Origin: Syntrophales bacterium
GTDB taxonomy: Bacteria; Desulfobacterota; Syntrophia; Syntrophales; UBA2210
NCBI GenBank assembly: GCA_963666365.2
Contig: CAXXNF010000002.1
Coordinates: 1,888,001-1,952,000, forward strand
DNA length: 64,000 nt
Reading direction: 5' to 3'
Notes under the pieces: generated by a model
Databases searched by the model: none
What the model saw: only the letters and a program-made list of their open reading frames with translations
What the model was told of the DNA's origin: nothing
Part shown: positions 59,373-64,000 of the stretch, in pieces
Position numbering within the stretch: the stretch's first letter is position 1
Layout: each line of letters begins with the position of its first letter
Made by a program: the position numbers and the translations under genes

Positions 59373-60479
59373 TTGATCGTAAAAGGGAAACGCATTTCGC
59401 TGGAAGGCATTAAAAAGATTCTTGTGATCCAGCTCGGCGACATAGGCGATGTCGTGTGGGCCACGCCGACCTTTCATTCCCTTAAAAAGGCCTACCCGAA
59501 GGCATCGATGTACGTCCTTCTTCGGCACGGTGCGGGATCATTGCTGCAGGCGGACCCCGCCATTGAAAATATTTTCGAAGTCCCCGCTCCCAGAGATAAT
59601 TTTCACGATACCGCTGCAGAACAACTGCACCTTATCAGGCAACTGCGCTGTGAACATTTTGATGTGCTGTTCGATCTTCGCGCCGATGAGCGGGGCGCCA
59701 TTACGGGATTTCTCTCCGGCGCCTCCCACAGAGTCGCCCGATATTTTCAGGGACCGGGGGTCCCCTTCTGGAGAAACGTCCTTTTTACCCATCTGGTGCG
59801 TGCACCCGTCTCTGCGCCAAACAAGCAATCCTACGGCGCCGCAGAACAGTCTCTCAGTCTATTGCGGGGATTCGGCATTGCCGCATCAACCACATTGCCG
59901 AAACTCTGGGTGTCGGCAGTCGACGAGCAGAAGGTTGCAGGCATTCTTGCCGGAAAGGGCATCACGGAGCGGACGCGCTGGATCTCCATGAACCCTTTCT
60001 CAAGGTGGCCCTACAAGGAGTGGGACCTTCAAAAATGGGCGACTATCATTGAATGGCTTTTTGCAGAACGGGGGATTGTCACGGTTCTTGTAGGCGCGGG
60101 CAACGAAAAAAAGAGGGCTTCTGAAGTCGCTGCGCACTGCAAAAACGTGGCTGTGAATCTCGTGGGGGCAACCTCGCTGGGCGAACTCGCCGCCCTCCTT
60201 TCAAAAAGCATGCTTCATGTAGGCGTTGACAGTGCAGCGCCCCATATTGCAGCTGCGACGGGAACACCGACAGTCACCATTTACGGCCCTTCATCCTGGA
60301 AGGACTGGGCGCCCGTAGGGGAAACTCATCATGTCATTGTCCCCTCCGATCCCTGCGCACCTTGCCATCAAAAAGGATGCGAGGGATCGGGGCGAAGCCG
60401 CTGTCTCGAACACCTTGGGATCGACAGGGTTAAAGACGGCATTCACCATGCCCTGGCCGACATTGGCCGGCCTTTCTAG
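59373..60479 (+). CDS. GT9 LPS heptosyltransferase-family protein
   Basis: IGDVV, YKEW, VGVDSAAPHIAAA, IYGP. Confidence 0.9.
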   Translation: MIVKGKRISLEGIKKILVIQLGDIGDVVWATPTFHSLKKAYPKASMYVLLRHGAGSLLQADPAIENIFEVPAPRDNFHDTAAEQLHLIRQLRCEHFDVLFDLRADERGAITGFLSGASHRVARYFQGPGVPFWRNVLFTHLVRAPVSAPNKQSYGAAEQSLSLLRGFGIAASTTLPKLWVSAVDEQKVAGILAGKGITERTRWISMNPFSRWPYKEWDLQKWATIIEWLFAERGIVTVLVGAGNEKKRASEVAAHCKNVAVNLVGATSLGELAALLSKSMLHVGVDSAAPHIAAATGTPTVTIYGPSSWKDWAPVGETHHVIVPSDPCAPCHQKGCEGSGRSRCLEHLGIDRVKDGIHHALADIGRPF

Positions 60480-60667
60480 CCGCCGTTGCGGGAACTCTCC
60501 GCCAGAGGTTTTGCCTCATCGATAAGCATAATAGGAATGTCATCGCGTATTTCATATACAAGCCGGCACCTTGTACAGATCAAGCCATTGTTTTTTTCAT
60601 CGAAGATCACAGCCCCCTTACATTGCGGGCAGGCAAGGATGTCTAAAAGCTCTTTTTTAATCGTCAT
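60476..60667 (-). CDS. Trm112/YcaR-family protein
   Basis: LLDILACPQCKG...CRLVYEIRDDIPIMLIDEA. Confidence 0.92.
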   Translation of the reverse strand: MTIKKELLDILACPQCKGAVIFDEKNNGLICTRCRLVYEIRDDIPIMLIDEAKPLAESSRNGG

Positions 60668-60784
60668 GCCGCTCTTCCTCCTTCTATGATTTCTATGATA
60701 TGGAAGGCAATGCAGTCGTCCCCTTCATTTGCATTGACGGATAAGGGGAGATCACTCATCTGCATCCCCACCCTCTTGAATCGT

Positions 60785-61822
60785 TTATTCCTTGGTCAGA
60801 AGACGCGTGACTGCTTCAAACACCGCTTCTACCGTGATATTTTTCATACAGCTCCTCGTTTCGCACGACTTCAGGAAACAGGGACTGCAGGGCATTCCGG
60901 CGCTGACAATCACGTGCCCCTTTCCGTAGGGCCCTGTTCTCAAAGGATCGGTCGGGCCAAAGAGGCCGATCGTCGGGGTTCCCACCGCAGCCGACAAATG
61001 CATGGGACCTGAGTCCGTGCTTACCACAATATCCGCCATCTCATAGAGACAGGCAAGTTCCCGAAGCGTGGTGTCGCCTGCTACATTGACGGCTCGATGC
61101 GTCATGCGCGAAAGAATATTGTCGATAACTCTTCGGTCTTTTCCACCCGTAAAAACCACCTTTTTTTTGAGTTCCGAAATAATCCGGTCAGCCAAAGCGG
61201 CACACTTCTCATCGTCCCAGAGTTTTGTTTCCCAGAGAGCAACCGCATTAACAGCCACAAATGATTCGCCCTCTTCAATGCCGTTGTGTTGCAAGAGGAG
61301 CCGCGCCCGTTGTCGTTCTCTACCCGTGAGAGCCAGTGTAAAAACCGGTTCTTGTACGCTGAACCCCAGATACCTGACAAAATCCATATAACGATCGACG
61401 GCATGTTTCCCCATATCTTCAGGAACTTTTTCTCCATAAAAAAGACCGCTCAGCTCCTGCATGCTTCTGTATCCTATTTTTCTTTCGGCACGGGAAAACC
61501 CCATGATAAGGGCGCTTTTTAAAAGACCATGAAAGTCTATGGCTATGTCGTATCTGCGGTCTCGCAGCGTTGAAAGAAATGATCTGATTTCTTCGACTGT
61601 CCGACCTATAGAATTCCCTGTTTTCAGGTTTTTTACCCACCGTTTACGATATGAGACAAGCACACGGTCGCAGGCGGGATGATCCATAATGAGGTCGGAG
61701 GCGCCCTCCTCCACAACCCATGTGATGTGGGCATGGGGATAGACACTCCTCAATGCCTGAAGCGATGGAATCGTGTGGAGTACGTCACCGATTGCACTCA
61801 ATTTTATCATGAGGATGTTCAC
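60785..61822 (-). CDS. GT9 LPS heptosyltransferase (WaaC-like)
   Basis: KLSAIGDVLH, DFHGLLKS, DSGPMHLS, LFGPT. Confidence 0.9.
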   Translation of the reverse strand: MNILMIKLSAIGDVLHTIPSLQALRSVYPHAHITWVVEEGASDLIMDHPACDRVLVSYRKRWVKNLKTGNSIGRTVEEIRSFLSTLRDRRYDIAIDFHGLLKSALIMGFSRAERKIGYRSMQELSGLFYGEKVPEDMGKHAVDRYMDFVRYLGFSVQEPVFTLALTGRERQRARLLLQHNGIEEGESFVAVNAVALWETKLWDDEKCAALADRIISELKKKVVFTGGKDRRVIDNILSRMTHRAVNVAGDTTLRELACLYEMADIVVSTDSGPMHLSAAVGTPTIGLFGPTDPLRTGPYGKGHVIVSAGMPCSPCFLKSCETRSCMKNITVEAVFEAVTRLLTKE

Positions 61823-62384
61823 TGTCTTTCACCTTCATAATCCACCGCACCGCATCCAGCACATCATCAGCCACGTAGGCGGTCGTCGGCGGAGGCACAA
61901 CACCGCCCCCATAGCCGGTCCTTACGAGAATACCCGCAGCCCCTGCATTATTGGCTGCTTCCACATCTTTTGCCATATCTCCGACCATAAATGATCGTGA
62001 AAGGTTTATATTAAGATCCTCGGCAGCCTGAATGAGCATACCCGGTTTCGGTTTTCTGCACGGGCAATCAAGTTTGTACGGTCCTCTTCCCTCCTCGGGA
62101 TGATGGGGACAGAAATAGAATCCATCGATCCGCGCATCTTCAACTTCAAGAAGTTCGGCGAGCTTTTCATGAAGCGACACTACAAACGCTTCATCGAAAT
62201 ACCCCCGCGCAATGCCTGACTGATTGGTAATAACCACCGCCTTCATTTCCATTTCATTGACCATGCGGATGGCTTCCCCCACACAGGGATACAGTTTAAG
62301 TCGGTCAATACTCGCCAGGTACCCCACATCTTCGTTTAAGGTGCCGTCTCTGTCGAAAAAGACCGCTCTGTTATTCTTTTTCAT
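61785..62384 (-). CDS. gmhB: D-glycero-D-manno-heptose 1,7-bisphosphate phosphatase
   Basis: FFDRDGTLN, TNQSGIARG, CPHHP, CRKPKPGM, VGD. Confidence 0.95.
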   Translation of the reverse strand: MKKNNRAVFFDRDGTLNEDVGYLASIDRLKLYPCVGEAIRMVNEMEMKAVVITNQSGIARGYFDEAFVVSLHEKLAELLEVEDARIDGFYFCPHHPEEGRGPYKLDCPCRKPKPGMLIQAAEDLNINLSRSFMVGDMAKDVEAANNAGAAGILVRTGYGGGVVPPPTTAYVADDVLDAVRWIMKVKDSEHPHDKIECNR

Positions 62385-62415
62385 AGCGCCCCATTACACC
62401 ATTTTCACCTCTATA

Positions 62416-63486
62416 TCACTTGCAATGAAACTCCTCACGCAACATTGTCTCCGCCTTATGGTACACTTCGTCGATGGAAATCAGATTCATGCACCTGAAA
62501 TCCTTTGGACAGGTTTTTTCGAGGCAGGGACTGCACTCCACGTGTTTGTAAATAACCACGCTTCTTTTTCCTGCAGGCGAGGTCGTGTTCGGATTGGTGG
62601 ATCCGAAGATCGACACAAGGGGAATTCCCAGGGCGCCGGCTACATGCATGAGTCCAGAATCGTTGGAGATAAAAAGACGGCATCGCGACATGAGGGCGAT
62701 TGCCTCGGCGAGAGAAGTTTTTCCGGCAACATTCAGAAGCGGTCGTTCTGCATGTGCTTCGACAATTTCGGCCTGCCTCCTGTCACCGCCGCTTCCGAAA
62801 AGGAGCACCCGGCAGGAAAACTGTTCTATCAGTCGATCGGCCACGGCGGCATACCTTTCAGGGCGCCACATCTTCGCAGGACCGTAGGCGGCGCCCGGCG
62901 CCATTCCCACCAGGAGATCCTCCTCGCTGACGCCCTCTTTCTTCAGCAGGTGCAAACTTTTTTCAAGACTTGTTTCATCCGGCTGTATGGACGGTTCGCC
63001 GGGATCGCAGTCGAAACCGCATGCCTTTACCATCTCGAGATAATATCGTGACTGGTGCACGGTCTTGACCCCTCTCCTTACCTTGACCGGGCGGGTAAGC
63101 AGCATGCCCCGGCCGTCGGTGCGGTACCCTGCCCTGACCGGTATGCCGGCCAGACTGGTAATAATCGCCGCTTCTATGGCATTTTGGAGAAGGAGTGCTG
63201 CATCGAATCCCCTGGATTTCAGATCCATCGCAAGACGCCACTTGCCCATAAGGCCGTCATGAACACCGGGACTTCTGAACAGGATCACCTCGTCGACATC
63301 GGGGCATAGACGATAAAGATCGGCAACCCAGGGTTTTGCCAGCACAGTGATCTTTGTATCGGGGCTGGCCCCTTTGACGGCTGAAATAGCCGGCAGGCTC
63401 ATAATCACGTCTCCGATCCAGTTTGTTCCCCGAACCAGCATGTGACGAGACTCGAGAAGCGCTTTTTTATTTACAGTGGGTCTCAT
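62416..63486 (-). CDS. waaF: LPS heptosyltransferase II
   Basis: NWIGDVIMS, PGAAYGPAKMW, NDSGLMHVA, FGST. ATG 63486 overlaps the upstream stop. Confidence 0.9.
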   Translation of the reverse strand: MRPTVNKKALLESRHMLVRGTNWIGDVIMSLPAISAVKGASPDTKITVLAKPWVADLYRLCPDVDEVILFRSPGVHDGLMGKWRLAMDLKSRGFDAALLLQNAIEAAIITSLAGIPVRAGYRTDGRGMLLTRPVKVRRGVKTVHQSRYYLEMVKACGFDCDPGEPSIQPDETSLEKSLHLLKKEGVSEEDLLVGMAPGAAYGPAKMWRPERYAAVADRLIEQFSCRVLLFGSGGDRRQAEIVEAHAERPLLNVAGKTSLAEAIALMSRCRLFISNDSGLMHVAGALGIPLVSIFGSTNPNTTSPAGKRSVVIYKHVECSPCLEKTCPKDFRCMNLISIDEVYHKAETMLREEFHCK

Positions 63487-64000
63487 GGCCGCACCTGCAG
63501 TTCCTTTGTCTTCCAGCGCTGGTGAATCCACAGCCACTGTTCAGGATATTTTCGCACTACATCTTCGATAACTCGGGTAAAGTTCTGCGTATTGATGATT
63601 ACGTCGCGATTTTTGTCGCCCGTTTTAACCACCGGTACAGGATTCTCCACAATTAGACGATATGTACCCGAGGGCGCACGCACCATAAACGCGGGGACAA
63701 CGGGGATGTCGGAACGAAGCGCCACCAGGGCAAGACCGTCGGTTGTGCATGCAGGTTGACCGAAGAAATCGACAAATACGCCTTCCTGCCACGCCATATT
63801 CTGATCGATCAGTATTCCCACGACTTCTCCCTTTCGCAGACGCCTTACAATGGGCAACATGGCACGCTCTTTGGGAAGCACTTCATTTCCCTTGGAAGTT
63901 CTGATCCATGCCAAAAGATTCTCAAGAATGGCACTGTCCAAAGGACGATATATCACGGCGACCGGCCGTGCCAGAATTGCCAGCGTTGCCGCTAAAAGCT
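63483..64000 (-). CDS. Lipid A acyltransferase (LpxL/HtrB family), 3' part only
   Basis: YRPLD, LIDQ, VDFFG, PEQWLWIHQRWK. The frame stays open to the window edge. Confidence 0.9.
   Translation of the reverse strand, partial: LLAATLAILARPVAVIYRPLDSAILENLLAWIRTSKGNEVLPKERAMLPIVRRLRKGEVVGILIDQNMAWQEGVFVDFFGQPACTTDGLALVALRSDIPVVPAFMVRAPSGTYRLIVENPVPVVKTGDKNRDVIINTQNFTRVIEDVVRKYPEQWLWIHQRWKTKELQVRP

Noticed and set aside
60476..60667. Trm112-like gene inside the LPS cluster as a novelty
   Set aside because: YcaR/Trm112 genes commonly lie among lipid A/Kdo genes.
62224..63051. Long antisense ORFs (also 32928-33713, 26234-26908, 15055-15735, 54389-55093)
   Set aside because: They are shadows of well-supported genes on the opposite strand and show no recognisable motifs.
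1..64000. CRISPR array, tRNA or rRNA genes
   Set aside because: No regularly spaced short repeats or cloverleaf/rRNA signatures seen in the intergenic regions by eye.

Overview
This is a gene-dense bacterial chromosomal segment. The gene content (class III CoA-transferases, PaaK plus ACT protein, HD-GYP protein, LPS core genes) suggests an anaerobic, Gram-negative Desulfobacterota/Syntrophales-like organism, which is an inference. From left to right it holds: a partial NarL-family regulator; copy 1 of a PAS histidine kinase/NarL regulator pair; a three-gene ArsA/Get3-ATPase operon; a baeRF-family protein; two RND efflux systems; a glutaminase-less GMP synthase subunit, satP and ade; assorted hydrolases; a Liv-type ABC transporter with two CoA-transferases and two binding proteins; copy 2 of the kinase/regulator pair; an SDR; a sirtuin-NRDE-Nudix operon; acyl-CoA ligases; a TetR/YbhGFSR-type exporter; an HDAC; the rpmH-rnpA-yidD-yidC-jag-mnmE operon without dnaA; and LPS core/lipid A genes. 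I saw no rRNA, tRNA, CRISPR array, transposase or integrase. Three signals stand out. (1) The Get3-like ATPase sits beside a single-pass membrane protein whose motifs resemble eukaryotic CCDC47 (PAT complex), a possible bacterial membrane-protein biogenesis module. (2) The two kinase/regulator copies share an apparently identical 1398-bp output module and identical linker patches but have diverged PAS cores. (3) A sirtuin-TANGO2/NRDE-Nudix operon lies among acyl-CoA ligases. All family calls come from motif recognition by eye, not database searches.
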